This document shows, piece after piece, positions 39,291 to 54,600 of a stretch of 64,000 nt of DNA; positions within the stretch are counted from its first letter, which is position 1, and every line of letters begins with the position of its first letter. Below the pieces are notes generated by a model that was given only the letters and a program-made list of their open reading frames with translations, ran no database searches and was not told the origin of the DNA. This DNA is from Eledone cirrhosa (lineage: Eukaryota): NCBI GenBank assembly GCA_964016885.1, contig OZ024740.1:16368001-16432000 (forward strand), written 5' to 3'. A program made the position numbers and the translations under genes.

Positions 39291-42200
39291 CATCAGTGTA
39301 AAAATGGTTGCTTCTGGACAGAGGTTTACAGGGAGACATCAGTGTAAATATGGTGGCTTCTGGACAGAGGTTTACAGGGAGACATCAGTGTAAATATGTT
39401 GGCTTCTAGACAGAGGTTTACAGGGAGATATCAGTGTAAATAAGGTGGCTTCTGGATAGAGGTTTACAGGGAGACATCAGTGTAAATATGGTGGCTTCTG
39501 GACAGAGGTTTACAGGGAGACATCAGTGTAAATATGGTGGCTTCTGGACAGAGCTTTACAGGGAGATATCAGTGTAAATATGGTGGCTTCTGGACAGAGC
39601 TTTACAGGGAGACATCAGTGTAAATATGGTGGCTTCTGGACAGAGGTTTACAGGGAGACATCAGTGTAAATATGGTGGGTCCTAGACAGGTTTACAGGGA
39701 GACATCTGTGTAAATATGGTGGCTTCTGGACAGAGGTTTACAGGGAGACATCAGTGTAAATATGGTGGATTCTAGACAGAGCTTTACAGGGAGACATCAG
39801 TGTAAATATGGAGGCTTCTGGACAGAGTTTTACAGGGAAACATCAGTGTAAAAATGGTTGCTTTTAGACAGAGGTTTACAGGGAGACCTCAGTGTAAATA
39901 TGGTGGCTTCTGGACAAAGCTTTACAGGGAGACATCAGTGTAAATATGGTGGCATCTGGACAGAGGTTTACAGGGACACATCAGTGTAACTATGGTGGCT
40001 TCTAGACAGAGCTTTACAGGGAGACATCAGTGGTGTAAATATGGTGGCTTCTGGACAGAGATTTACAGGGACACATCAGTGTAAATATGGTGGCTTCTAG
40101 AGAGAGCTTTACAGGGAGATTTCAGAGTAAATATCGTGGCTTCTGGACAAAGCTTTACAGGGAGACATCAGTGTAAACATGGTGGCTTCTAGTAAGAGAT
40201 TTACTGGGAGACATCAGTGTAAATATGGTGGCTTCTAGACAGAGCTTTACAGGGAGACAACAGTGTAAATATGGTGGCTTCTGGACAAAGGTTTACAGAG
40301 AGATATCAGTGTAAATATGGTGGCTTCTAGACGGAGGTTTACAGGGAGCCATCAGTGTAAATATGGTGGCTTCTAGACAGAGCTTTAAGGGAGATATCAG
40401 TGTAAATATGGTGGCTTCTGGACAGAGGTTTACAGGGAGACATCAGTGTAAATATGGTGGCATCTGGACAGAGGTTTACAAGGAGACATCAGTGTAAATA
40501 TGGTGGCTTCTGGACAGAGCTTTACAGGGAGATATCAGTGTAAATATGGTGGCTTCTGGACAGAGGTTTACAGGGAGACATCAGTGTAAATATGGTGACT
40601 TCTGGACAGAGGTTTACAAGGAGACATCAGTGTAGATATGGTGGCTTCTGGACAGAGCTTTACAGGGAGACATTAGTGGAAATATGGTGGCTTCTGGACA
40701 GAGCTTTACAAGGAGACATCAGTGTAAATATGGTGGCTTCTGGACAAAGCTTTACAGGGAGACATTAGTGTAAATATCGTGGCTTCTGGACAGAGCTTTA
40801 CAGGGAGACATCAGTGTAAATATGGTGGCATCTGGACAGAGGTTTAAAGGGACACATCAGTGTAAATATGATGGCTTCTAGACAGAGCTTTACAGGGAGA
40901 TATCAGTGTAAATATGGTGGCTTCTAGACACTGCTTTGCAGGGTGACATAAGTGTAAATATGGTGGCTTCTGGACAGAGGTTTACAGCGGGACATCAGAG
41001 TAAATATGGTGGCTTCTAGACAGACGTTTACAGGGAGACATCAGTGTAAATATGGTGGCATCTGGACAGAGGTTTACAGGGAGACATTAGTGTAAATATG
41101 GTGGCTTCTAGACAGAGCTTTACAGGGAGATATCAGAGTAAATATGGTGGCTTGTGGACAGAGGTTTACAGGGAGACATCAGTGTAAATATGGTGGCATC
41201 TGGACAGAGGTTTAAAGGGACACATCAGTGTAAATATGATGGCTTCTGGACAGAGCTTTACAGGGAGACATTAGTGTAAATATCGTGGCTTCTGGACAGA
41301 GCTTTCCAGGGAGACATCAGTGTAAATATGGTGGCATCTGGACAGAGGTTTAAAGGGACACATCAGTGTAAATATGATGGCTTCTAGACAGAGCTTTACA
41401 GGGAGACATCAGTGTAAATATGGTGGGTCCTAGACAAGTTTACAGGGAGACATCTGTGTAAATATGGTGGCTTCTGGACAGAGGTTTACAGGGAGACATC
41501 AGTGTAAATATGGTGGATTCTAGACAGAGCTTTACAAGGAGACATCAGTGTAAATATGGTTGCCTCTAGACAGTGGTTTACAGGGAGACATCGGTGTAAA
41601 TATGGTGGCTTCTGGACAGAGGTTTACAGGGAGACATCAGTGTAAATATGGTTGCTTCTAGACAGAGGTTTACATGGAGACATCAGTGTAAATATGGTGG
41701 CTTCTGGACAGAGGTTTACAGGGAGACCTCAGTGTAAATATGGTGGCTTCTGGACAGAGGTTTACAAGGAGACATCAGTGTAAATATGGTGGCTTCTGGA
41801 CAGAGCTTTACAGGGAGACATTAGTGAAAATATGGTGTCTTCTGGACAGAGCTTTACAAGGAGACATCAGTGTAAATATGGTGGCTTCTGGACAGTGCTT
41901 TACAGGTAGACATTAGTGTAAATATCGTGGCTTCTGGACAGAGCTTTACAGGGAGACATCAGTGTAAATATGGTGGCATCTGGACAGAGGTTTAAAGGGA
42001 CACATCAGTGTAAATATGATGGCTTCTGGACAGAGCTTTACAGGGAGACATTAGTGTAAATATCGTGGCTTCTGGACAGAGCTTTCCAGGGAGACATCAG
42101 TGTAAATATGGTGGCATCTGGACAGAGGTTTAAAGGGACACATCAGTGTAAATATGATGGCTTCTAGACAGAGCTTTACAGGGAGACATCAGTGTAAATA

Positions 42201-45200
42201 TGGTGGGTCCTAGACAAGTTTACAGGGAGACATCTGTGTAAATATGGTGGCTTCTGGACAGAGGTTTACAGGGAGACATCAGTGTAAATATGGTGGATTC
42301 TAGACAGAGGTTTACTGGGAGACATCAGTGTAAATATGGTGGCTTCTAGACAAAGCTTTACAGGGAGACATCAGTGTAAATATGGTGGCTTCTAGACAGA
42401 GCTTTACAGGGAGACATCAGTGTAAAAAGGGTGGCTTCTAGACAGAGCTTTACAGGGAGACATCAGTGTAAAAATGGTTGCTTATGGACAGAGGTTTACA
42501 GGGAGACATCAGTGTAAATATGGTGGCTTCTGGACAGAGGTTTACAGGGAGACATCAGTGTAAATATGTTGGCTTCTAGACAGAGGTTTACAGGGAGATA
42601 TCAGTGTAAATAAGGTGGCTTCTGGATAGAGGTTTACAGGGAGACATCAGTGTAAATATGGTGGCTTCTGGACAGAGGTTTACAGGGAGACATCAGTGTA
42701 AATATGGTGGCTTCTGGACAGAGCTTTACAGGGAGACATCAGTGTAGATATGGTGGCTTCTGGACAGAGGTTTACAGGGAGACATCAGTGTAAATATGGT
42801 GGGTCCTAGACAGGTTTACAGGGAGACAACTGTGTAAATATGGTGGCTTCTGGACAGAGGTTTACAGGGAGACATCAGTGTAAATATGGTGGATTCTAGA
42901 CAGAGCTTTACAGGGAGACATCAGTGTAAATATGGAGGCTTCTGGACAGAGTTTTACAGGGAAACATCAGTGTAAAAATGGTTGCTTTTAGACAGAGGTT
43001 TACAGGGAGACCTCAGTGTAAATATGGTGGCTTCTGGACAGAGGTTTACAGGGAGACATTAGTGTAAATATGGTGGCTTCTGGACAAAGCTTTACAGGGA
43101 GACATCAGTGTAAATATGGTGGCATCTGGACAGAGGTTTACAGGGACACATCAGTGTAACTATGGTGGCTTCTAGACAGAGCTTTACAGGGAGACATCAG
43201 TGGTGTAAATATGGTGGCTTCTGGACAGAGATTTACAGGGACACATCAGTGTAAATATGGTGGCTTCTAGAGAGAGCTTTACAGGGAGATTTCAGAGTAA
43301 ATATCGTGGCTTCTGGACAAAGCTTTACAGGGAGACATCAGTGTAAATATGGTGGCTTCTAGTAAGAGATTTACTGGGAGACATCAGTGTAAATATGGTG
43401 GCTTCTAGACAGAGCTTTACAGGGAGACAACAGTGTAAATATGGTGGCTTCTGGACAAAGGTTTACAGAGAGATATCAGTGTAAATATGGTGGCTTCTAG
43501 ACGGAGGTTTACAGGGAGCCATCAGTGTAAATATGGTGGCTTCTAGACAGAGCTTTACAGGGAGATATCAGTGTAAATATGGTGGCTTCTGGACAGAGGT
43601 TTACAGGGAGACATCAGTGTAAATATGGTGGCATCTGGACAGAGGTTTACAAGGAGACATCAGTGTAAGTATGGTGGCTTCTGGACAGAGCTTTACAGGG
43701 AGATATCAGTGTAAATATGGTGGCTTCTGGACAGAGGTTTACAGGGAGACATCAGTGTAAATATGGTGACTTCTGGACAGAGGTTTACAAGGAGACATCA
43801 GTGTAGATATGGTGGCTTCTGGACAGAGCTTTACAGGGAGACATTAGTGGAAATATGGTGGCTTCTGGACAGAGCTTTACAAGGAGACATCAGTGTAAAT
43901 ATGGTGGCTTCTGGACAAAGCTTTACAGGGAGACATTAGTGTAAATATCGTGGCTTCTGGACAGAGCTTTACAGGGAGACATCAGTGTAAATATGGTGGC
44001 ATCTGGACAGAGGTTTAAAGGGACACATCAGTGTAAATATGATGGCTTCTAGACAGAGCTTTACAGGGAGATATCAGTGTAAATATGGTGGCTCCTAGAC
44101 ACTGCTTTGCAGGGAGACATAAGTGTAATTGTGGTGGCTTCTGGACAGAGGTTTACAGCGGGACATCAGAGTAAATATGGTGGCTTCTAGACAGACGTTT
44201 ACAGGGAGACATCAGTGTAAATATGGTGGCATCTGGACAGAGGTTTACAGGGAGACATTAGTGTAAATATGGTGGCTTCTAGACAGAGCTTTACAGGGAG
44301 ATATCAGAGTAAATATGGTGGCTTGTGGACAGAGCTTTACAGGGAGACATTAGTGAAAATATGGTGTCTTCTGGACAGAGCTTTACAAGGAGACATCAGT
44401 GTAAATATGGTGGCTTCTGGACAGTGCTTTACAGGGAGACATTAGTGTAAATATCGTGGCTTCTGGACAGAGCTTTACAGGGAGACATCAGTGTAAATAT
44501 GGTGGCATCTGGACAGAGGTTTAAAGGGACACATCAGTGTAAATATGATGGCTTCTGGACAGAGCTTTACAGGGAGACATTAGTGTAAATATCGTGGCTT
44601 CTGGACAGAGCTTTCCAGGGAGACATCAGTGTAAATATGGTGGCATCTGGACAGAGGTTTAAAGGGACACATCAGTGTAAATATGATGGCTTCTAGACAG
44701 AGCTTTACAGGGAGACATCAGTGTAAATATGGTGGGTCCTAGACAAGTTTACAGGGAGACATCTGTGTAAACATGGTGGGTTCTGGACAGAGTTTTACAG
44801 GGAGACATCAGTGTAAATATGGTGGATTCTAGACAGAGCTTTACAAGGAGACATCAGTGTAAATATGGTTGCTTCTAGACAGTGGTTTACAGGGAGACAT
44901 CGGTGTAAATATGGTGGCTTCTGGACAGAGGTTTACAGGGAGACATCAGTGTAAATATGGTTGCTTCTAGACAGAGGTTTACATGGAGACATCAGTGTAA
45001 ATATGGTGGCTTCTGGACAGAGGTTTACAGGGAGACCTCAGTGTAAATATGGTGGCTTCTGGACAGAGGTTTACAAGGAGACATCAGTGTAAATATGGTG
45101 GCTTCTGGACAGAGCTTTACAGGGAGACATTAGTGAAAATATGGTGTCTTCTGGACAGAGCTTTACAAGGAGACATCAGTGTAAATATGGTGGCTTCTGG

Positions 45201-45610
45201 ACAGTGCTTTACAGGGAGACATTAGTGTAAATATCGTGGCTTCTGGACAGAGCTTTACAGGGAGACATCAGTGTAAATATGGTGGCATCTGGACAGAGGT
45301 TTAAAGGGAGACATCAGTGTAAATATGATGGCTTCTGGACAGAGCTTTACAGGGAGACATTAGTGTAAATATCGTGGCTTCTGGACAGAGCTTTCCAGGG
45401 AGACATCAGTGTAAATATGGTGGCATCTGGACAGAGGTTTAAAGGGACACATCAGTGTAAATATGATGGCTTCTAGACAGAGCTTTACAGGGAGACATCA
45501 GTGTAAATATGGTGGGTCCTAGACAAGTTTACAGGGAGACATCTGTGTAAATATGGTGGCTTCTGGACAGAGGTTTACAGGAAGACATCAGTGTAAATAT
45601 GGTGGATTCT
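39131..45610 (+). repeat. ~3.2-kb tandem duplication (39131-42300 / 42301-45610)
   Basis: Collinear rare variants at offset ~3170: TGTAAAAAGGG 39251/42421, ATGGAGGC, GTAACTAT, CTAGACACTGC..TTTACAGCGGGAC 40921/44092, GCTTGTGGAC. Offset rises to ~3309 at the end (three more monomers). Confidence 0.82.
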
Positions 45611-48600
45611 AGACAGAGCTTTACAAGGAGACATCAGTGTAAATATGGTTGCTTCTAGACAGTGGTTTACAGGGAGACATCAGTGTAAATATGGTGGCTT
45701 CTGGACAGAGGTTTACAGGGTGACATCAGTGTAAATATGGTTGCTTCTAGACAGAGGTTTACATGGAGACATCAGTGTAAATATGGTGGCTTCTGGACAG
45801 AGGTTTACAGGGAGACCTCAGTGTAAATATGGTGGCTTCTAGACAGAGCTTTACAGGGAGACATCAGTGTAAGTATGGTGGCATCTGGACAGAGGTTTAC
45901 AGGGAGACATCAGTGTAAATATGTGGCATCTGGACAGAGCTTTACAGGGACACATCAGTGTAAATATGGTGGCTTCTAGACAGAGCTTTACAGGGAGATA
46001 TCAGAGTAAATATGGTGGCTTCTGGACAGAGGTTTACAGGGAGACATCAGTGTAAATATGGTGGCTTCTAGAGAGAGCTTTACAGGGAGATATCAGAGTA
46101 AATATGGTGGCTTCTAGACAGAGGTTTACAGGGAGACATCAGTGTAAATATGGTGGCTTCTAGACAGAGGTTTACAGGGAGCCATCAGTGTAAATATGGT
46201 GGCTTCTGGACAGAGGTTTACAGGGAGACATTAGTGTAAGTATGGTGGCTTCAGGACAGAGCTTTACAGGGAGACATCAGTGTAAATATGTTGGCTTCTG
46301 GACAGAAGTTTACAGAGAGCATCATTGTTAATATGGTGGCTTCTGGACAGAGGTTTACAGGGAGACATCAGTGTAAATATGGTGTGTTCTAGACAGAGGT
46401 TTACAGGGAGACATCTGTGTAAATATGGTGGCTTCTGGACAGAGGTTTACAGGGAGACATCAGTGTAAATATGGTGGCTTCTAGATAGAGGTTTACAGGG
46501 AGACATCAGTGTAAATATGGTGGCTTCTGGACAGAGGTTTACAGGGAGACATCAGTGTAAATATGTTGGCTTCTGGACAGAAGTTTACAGAGAGTATCAG
46601 TGTAAATATGGTGACTTCTGGACAGAGGTTTACAGGGAGACATCAGTGTAAATATGGTGGCTTCTAGACAGTGCTTTGCAGGGAGACATAAGTGTAAATA
46701 TGGTGGCTTCTGGACAGAGGTTTACAGGGAGACATCAGAGTAAATATGGTGGCTTCTAGACAGACGTTTACAGGGAGACATCAGTGTAAATATGGTGGCA
46801 TCTAGACAGAGGTTTACAGGGAGACATTAGTGTAAATATGGTGGCTTCTAGACAGAGCTTTACAGGGAGATATCAGAGTAAATATGGTGGCTTCTGGACA
46901 AAGCTTTACAGGGAGACATTAGTGTAAATATCGTGGCTTCTGGACAGAGCTTTACAGGGAGACATCAGTGTAAATATGGTGGCATCTGGACAGAGGTTTA
47001 AAGGGACACATCAGTGTAAATATGATGGCTTCTAGACAGAGCTTTACAGGGAGATATCAGTGTAAATATGGTGGCTTCTAGACAGTGCTTTGCAGGGAGA
47101 CATAAGTGTAAATATGGTGGCTTCTGGACAGAGGTTTACAGGGGGACATCAGAGTAAATATGGTGGCTTCTAGACAGACGTTTACAGGGAGACATCAGTG
47201 TAAATATGGTGGCATCTGGACAGAGGATTACAGGGAGACATTAGTGTAAATATGGTGGCTTCTAGACAGAGCTTTACAGGGAGATATCAGAGTAAATATG
47301 GTGGCTTCTGGACAGAGGTTTACAGGAAGACATCAGTGTAAATATGGTGGCATCTGGACAGAGGTTTACAAGGAGACATCAGTGTAAATATGGTGGCTTC
47401 TGGACAGAGATTTACAGGGAGATCTCAGTGTAAATATGGTGGCTTCTGGACAGAGGTTTACAGGGAGACATCAGTGTAAATATGGTGACTTCTGGACAGA
47501 GGTTTACAAGGAGACATCAGTGTAAATATGGTGGCTTCTGGACAGAGCTTTACAGGGAGACATTAGTGAAAATATGGTGTCTTCTGGACAGGGCTTTACA
47601 AGGAGACATCAGTGTAAATATGGTGGCTTCTGGACAGAGCTTTACAGGGAGACATTAGTGTAAATATGGTGGCTTCTGGACAGAGCTTTACAGGGAGACA
47701 TCAGTGTAAATATGGTGGCATCTGAACAGAGGTTTAAAGGGACACATCAGTGTAAATATGATGGCTTCTGGACAGAGCTTTACAGGGAGACATTAGTGTA
47801 AATATCGTGGCTTCTGGACAGAGCTTTACAGGGAGACATCAGTGTAAATATGGTGGCATCTGGACAGAGGTTTAAAGGGACACATCAGTGTAAATATGAT
47901 GGCTTCTAGACAGAGCTTTACAGGGAGACATCAGTGTAAATATGGTGGGTCCTAGACAAGTTTACAGGGAGACATCTGTGTAAATAGGTGGCTTCTGGAC
48001 AGAGGTTTACAGGGAGACATCAGTGTAAATATGGTTGCTTCTAGACAGTGGTTTACAGGGAGACATCAGTGTAAATATTGTGGCTTCTGGACAGAGGTTT
48101 ACAGGGAGACATCAGTGTAAATATGGTTGCTTCTAGACAGAGGTTTACATGGAGACATCAGTGTAAATATGGTGGCTTCTGGACAGAGGTTTACAGGGAG
48201 ACCTCAGTGTAAATATGGTGGCTTCTAAACAGAGCTTTACAGGGAGACATCAGTGTAAGTATGGTGGCATCTGGACAGAGGTTTACAGGGAGACATCAGT
48301 GTAAATATGTGGCATCTGGACAGAGCTTTACAGGGACACATCAGTGTAAATATGGTGGCTTCTAGACAGAGCTTTACAGGGAGATATCAGAGTAAATATG
48401 GTGGCTTCTGGACAGAGGTTTACAGGGAGACATCAGTGTAAATATGGTGGCTTCTAGAGAGAGCTATACAGGGAGATATCAGAGTAAATATGGTGGCTTC
48501 TGGACAGAGGTTTACAGGGAGACATCAGTGTAAATATGGTGGCTTCTAGACGGAGGTTTACAGGGAGCCATCAGTGTAAATATGGTGGCTTCAGGACAGA

Positions 48601-51600
48601 GCTTTACAGGGAGACATCAGTGTAAATATGTTGGCTTCTGGACAGAAGTTTACAGAGAGCATCATTGTAAATATGGTGGCTTCTGGACAGAGGTTTACAG
48701 GGAGACATCAGTGTAAATATGGTGTGTTCTAGACAGAGGTTTACAGGGAGACATCTGTGTAAATATGGTGGCTTCTGGACAGAGGTTTACAGGGAGACAA
48801 CAGTGTAAATATGGTGGCTTCTAGATAGAGGTTTACAGGGAGACATCAGTGTAAATATGGTGGCTTCTGGACAGAGGTTTACATGGAGATATCAGTGTAA
48901 ATATGGTTGCTTCTTGATAGAGCTTTACAGGGAGATATCAGAGTAAGTATGGTGGGTTCTAGCCAGAGGTTTACAGGGAGACATCAGTGTAAATATGGTG
49001 GCTTCTGGACAGAGTTTTACAGGGAGACATCAGTGTAAATATGGTTGGTTCTAGACAGAGGTTTACTGGGAGACATCTGTGTAAATATGGTGGCTTCTGT
49101 ACAGAGGTTTACAGGGAGACATCAGTGTAAATATGGTGGCTTCTAGACAGAGGTTTACTGGGAGACATCACTGTAAATATGGTGTCTTCTGGACAGAGCT
49201 TTACAGGGAGACATTAGTGTAAATATGGTGGCTTCTAGACAGAGCTTTACAGGGAGATATCAGAGTAAATATGGTGGCTTCTGGACAGAGGTTTACAGGG
49301 ATACATCAGTGTAAATATGGTGGCTTCTAGACAGAGGTTTACAAGGAGACATCAGCCTAAATATGGTGGCTTCTAGACGGAGGTTTACAAGGAGATATCA
49401 GTGTAAATATGGTTACTTCTGGACAGAGGTTTACAGGGAGATATTAGTGTAAATATGGTGTCTTCTGGACAGAGCTTTACAGGGAGATATCAGAGTAAAT
49501 ATGGTGGCTTCTAGACAAAGCTTTACAGGGAGACATCAGTGTAAATATGGTGGCTTCTAGACAGAGGTTTACTGGGAGACATCAGTGTAAATATGGTGGC
49601 TTCTAGACAAAGCTTTACAGGGAGACATCAGTGTAAATATGGTGGCTTCTAGACAGAGCTTTACAGGGAGACATCAGTGTAAAAAGGGTGGCTTCTAGAC
49701 AGAGCTTTACAGGGAGACATCACTGTAAAAATGGTTGCTTTAGGACGGAGGTTTACAGGGAGACATCAGTGTAAATATGGTGGCTTCTGGACAGAGGTTT
49801 ACAGGGAGACATCAGTGTAAATATGTTGGCTTCTAGACAGAGGTTTACAGGGAAACATCAGTGTAAATATGGTGGCTTCTGGACAGAGCTTTACAGGGAG
49901 ATATCAGTGTTAATATGGTGGGTCCTAGACAGGTTTACAGGGAGACATCAGTGTAAATATGGTTGCTTCTAGACAGAGGTTTACAGGGAGACATCAGTGT
50001 AAATATGGTGGCTTCTGGACAGAGGTTTACTGGGAGACATCAGTGTAAAAATGGTTGCTTCTAGACAGAGGTTTACAGGGAGACCTCAGTGTAAATATGG
50101 TGGCTTCTGGACAGAGCTTTACAGGGAGACATCAGTGTAAATATGGTGGCATCTGGACAGAGGTTTACAGGGACACATCAGTGTAAATATGGTGGCTTCT
50201 AGACAGAGCTTTACAGGGAGACATCAGTGGTGTAAATATGGTGGCTTCTGGACAGAGATTTACAGGGAGACATCAGTGTAAATATGGTGGCATCTGGACA
50301 GAGCTTTACAGGGAGATATCAGAGTAAATATCGTGGCTTCTAGACATAGCTTTACAGGGAGACATCAGTGTAAATATGGTGGCTTCTGGACAGAGGTTTA
50401 CAGGGAGACATCAGTGTAAATATGGTGGGTCCTAGACAGGTTTACAGGGAGACATCTGTGTAAATATGGTGGCTTCTGGACAGAGGTTTACAGGGAGACA
50501 TCAGTGTAAATATGGTGGATTCTAGACAGAGCTTTACAGGGAGACATCAGTGTAAATATGATGGCTTCTGGACAGAGTTTTACAGGGAAACATCAGTGTA
50601 AAAATGGTTGCTTCTAGACAGAGGTTTACAGGGAGACATCAGTGTAAATATGGTGGCTTCTGGACAGAGTTTTACAGGGAAACATCAGTGTAAAAATGGT
50701 TGCTTCTAGACAGAGGTTTACAGGGAGACCTCAGTGTAAATATGGTGGCTTCTGGACAGAGGTTTACAGGGAGACATTAGTGTAAATATGGTGGCTTCTG
50801 GACAAAGCTTTACAGGTAGACATCAGTGTAAATATGGTGGCATCTGGACAGAGGTTTACAGGGACACATCAGTGTAAATATGGTGGCTTCTAGACAGAGC
50901 TTTACAGGGAGACATCAGTGGTGTAAATATGGTGGCTTCTGGACAGAGATTTACAGGGACACATCAGTGTAAATATGGTGGCTTCTAGAGAGAGCTTTAC
51001 AGGGAGATTTCAGAGTAAATATCGTGGCTTCTGGACAAAGCTTTACAGGGAGACATCAGTGTAAATATGGTAGCTTCTAGTAAGAGATTTACTGGGAGAC
51101 ATCAGTGTAAATATGGTGGCTTCTAGACAGAGCTTTACAGGGAGACAACAGTGTAAATATGGTGGCTTCTGGACAAAGGTTTACAGAGAGATATCAGTGT
51201 AAATATGGTGGCTTCTAGACAGTGCTTTGCAGGGAGACATAAGTGTAAATATGGTGGCTTCTGGACAGGGGTTTACAGGGAGACATCAGAGTAAATATGG
51301 TGGCTTCTAGACAGACGTTTACAATGAGACATCAGTGTAAATATGGTGGCATCTAGACAGAGGTTTACAGGGAGACATTAGTGTAAATATGGTGGCTTCT
51401 AGACAGAGCTTTACAGTGAGATATCAGAGTAAATATGGTGGCTTCTGGACAGAGGTTTACAGGGAGACATCAGTGTAAATATGGTGGCATCTGGACAGAG
51501 GTTTACAAGGAGACATCAGTGTAAATATGGTGGCTTCTGGACAGAGCTTTACAGGGAGATATCAGTGTAAATATGGTGGCTTCTGGACAGAGGTTTACAG

Positions 51601-54600
51601 GGAGACATCAGTGTAAATATGGTGACTTCTGGACAGAGGTTTACAAGGAGACATCAGTGTAAATATGGTGGCTTCTGGACAGAGCTTTACAGGGAGACAT
51701 TAGTGGAAATATGGTGGCATCTGGACAGAGGTTTAAAGGGACACATCAGTGTAAATATGATGGCTTCTAGACAGAGCTTTACAGGGAGATATCAATGTAA
51801 ATATGGTGGCTTCTAGACAGTGCTTTGCAGGGAGACATAAGTGTAAATATGGTGGCTTCTGGACAGAGGTTTACAGGGAGACATCAGAGTAAATATGGTG
51901 GCTTCTAGACAGACGTTTACAGGGAGACATCAGTGTAAATATGGTGGCATCTGGACAGAGGTTTACAGGGAGACATTAGTGTAAATATGGTGGCTTCTAG
52001 ACAGAGCTTTACAGGGAGATATCAGTGTAAATATGGTGGCATCTGGACAGAGGTTTAAAGGGACACATCAGTGTAAATATGATGGCTTCTGGACAGAGCT
52101 TTACAGGGAGACATTAATGTAAATATCGTGGCTTCTGGACAGAGCTTTACAGGGAGAAATCAGTGTAAATATGGTGGCATCTGGACAGAGGTTTAAAGGG
52201 ACACATCAGTGTAAATATGATGGCTTCTAGACAGAGCTTTACAGGGAGATATCAGTGTATATATGGTGGCTTCTGGACAGAGGTTTACAGGGAGACATCA
52301 GTGTAAATATGGTTGCTTCTAGACAGAGGTTTACATGGAGACATCATTGTAAATATGGTGGCTTCTGGACAGAGGTTTACAGGGAGACCTCAGTGTAAAT
52401 ATGGTGGCATCTAGACAGAGGTTTACAGGGAGACATCAGTGTAAATATGGTGGCTTCTGGACAGAGGTTTACAGGGAGACATCAGTGTAAATATGTGGCA
52501 TCTGGACAGAGCTTTACAGGGACACATCAGTGTAAATAAGGTGGCTTCTAGACAGATCTTTACAGGGAGATATCAGAGTAAATATGGTGGCTTCTGGACA
52601 GAGGTTTACAGGGAGACATCAGTGTAAATATGGTGGCTTCTAGAGAGAGCTTTACAGGGAGATATCGGAGTCAATATGGTGGCTTCTGGACAGAGGTTTA
52701 CAGGGAGACATCAGTGTAAATATGGTGGCTTCTAGACGGTGGTTTACAGGGAGCCATCATTGTAAATATGGTGGCTTCTGGACAGAGGTTTACAGGGAGA
52801 CATTAGTGTAAGTATGGTGGCTTCAGGACAGAGCTTTACAGGGAGACATCAGTGTAAATATGTTGGCTTCTGGACAGAAGTTTACAGAGAGCATCATTGT
52901 AAATATGGTGGCTTCTGGACAGAGGTTTACAGGGAGACATCAGTGTAAATATGGTGTGTTCTAGACAGAGGTTTACAGGGAGACATCTGTGTAAATATGG
53001 TGGCTTCTGGACAGAGGTTTACAGGGAGACATCAGTGTAAATATGGTGGCTTCTAGATAGAGGTTTACAGGGAGACATCAGTGTAAATATGGTGGCTTCT
53101 GGACAGAGGTTTACATGGAGATATCAGTGTAAATATGGTTGCTTCTTGATAGAGCTTTACAGGGAGATATCAGAGTAAGTATGGTGGGTTCTAGCCAGAG
53201 GTTTACAGGGAGACATCAGTGTAAATATGGTGGCTTCTGGACAGAGTTTTACAGGGAGACATCAGTGTAAATATGTTGGCTTCTGGACAGAAGTTTACAG
53301 AGAGTATCAGTGTAAATATGGTGACTTCTGGACAGAGGTTTACAGGGAGACATCTGTGTAAATATGGTTGGTTCTAGACAGAGGTTTACAGGGAGACATC
53401 TGTGTAAATATGGTGGCTTCTGTAGAGAGGTTTACAGGGAGACATCAGTGTAAATATGGTGGCTTCTAGACAGAGGTTTACTGGGAGACATCACTGTAAA
53501 TATGGTGTCTTCTGGACAGAGCTTTACAGGGAGACATTAGAGTAAATATGGTGGCTTCTAGACAGAGCTTTACAGGGAGATATCAGAGTAAATATGGTGG
53601 CTTCTGGACAGAGGTTTACAGGGAGACATCAGTGTAAATATGGTGGCTTCTAGACAGAGGTTTACAAGGAGACATCAGCCTAAATATGGTGGCTTCTAGA
53701 CGGAGGTTTACAAAGAGATATCAGTGTAAATATGGTTACTTCTAGACAGAGGTTTACAGGGAGACATCTGTGTAAATATGGTTGGTTCTGGACAGAGGTT
53801 TACAGGGAGACATCTGTGTAAATATGGTGGCTTCTAGACAAAGCTTTACAGGGAGACATCAGTGTAAATATGGTGGCTTCTAGACAGAGGTTTACTGGGA
53901 GACATCAGTGTAAATATGGTGGCTTCTAGACAAAGCTTTACAGGGAGACATCAGTGTAAATATGGTGTCTTCTAGACAGAGCTTTACAGGGAGACATCAG
54001 TGTAAAAAGGGTGGCTTCTAGACAGAGCTTTACAGGGAGACATCACTGTAAAAATGGTTGCTTCTGGACAGAGGTTTACAGGGAGACATCAGTGTAAATA
54101 TGGTGGCTTCTGGACAGAGGTTTACAGGGAGACATCAGTGTAAATATGTTGGCTTCTAGACAGAGGTTTACAGGGAAACATCAGTGTAAATAAGGTGGCT
54201 TCTGGATAGAGGTTTACAGGGAGACATCAGTGTAAATATGGTGGCTTCTGGACAGAGGTTTACAGGGAGACATCAGTGTAAATATGGTGGCTTCTGGACA
54301 GAGTTTACAGGGAGATATCAGTGTTAATATGGTGGCTTCTGGACAGAGCTTTACAGGGAGACATCAGTGTAAATATGGTGGCTTCTGGACAGAGGTTTAC
54401 AGGGAGACATCAGTGTAAATATGGTGGGTCCTAGACAGGTTTACAGGGAGACATCAGTGTAAATATGGTTGCTTCTAGACAGAGGTTTACAGGGAGACAT
54501 CAGTGTAAATATGGTGGCTTCTGGACAGAGGTTTACAGGGAGACATCAGTGTAAAAATGGTTGCTTCTAGACAGAGGTTTACAGGGAGACCTCAGTGTAA

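Noticed and set aside
40110-40186. Perfect Kozak GCCACCATG on the minus strand (CATGGTGGC at 40178-40186)
   Set aside because: A single substitution from the consensus GCCACCATA. It opens only a ~23-codon frame (MFTLMSPCKALSRSHDIYSEISL*).
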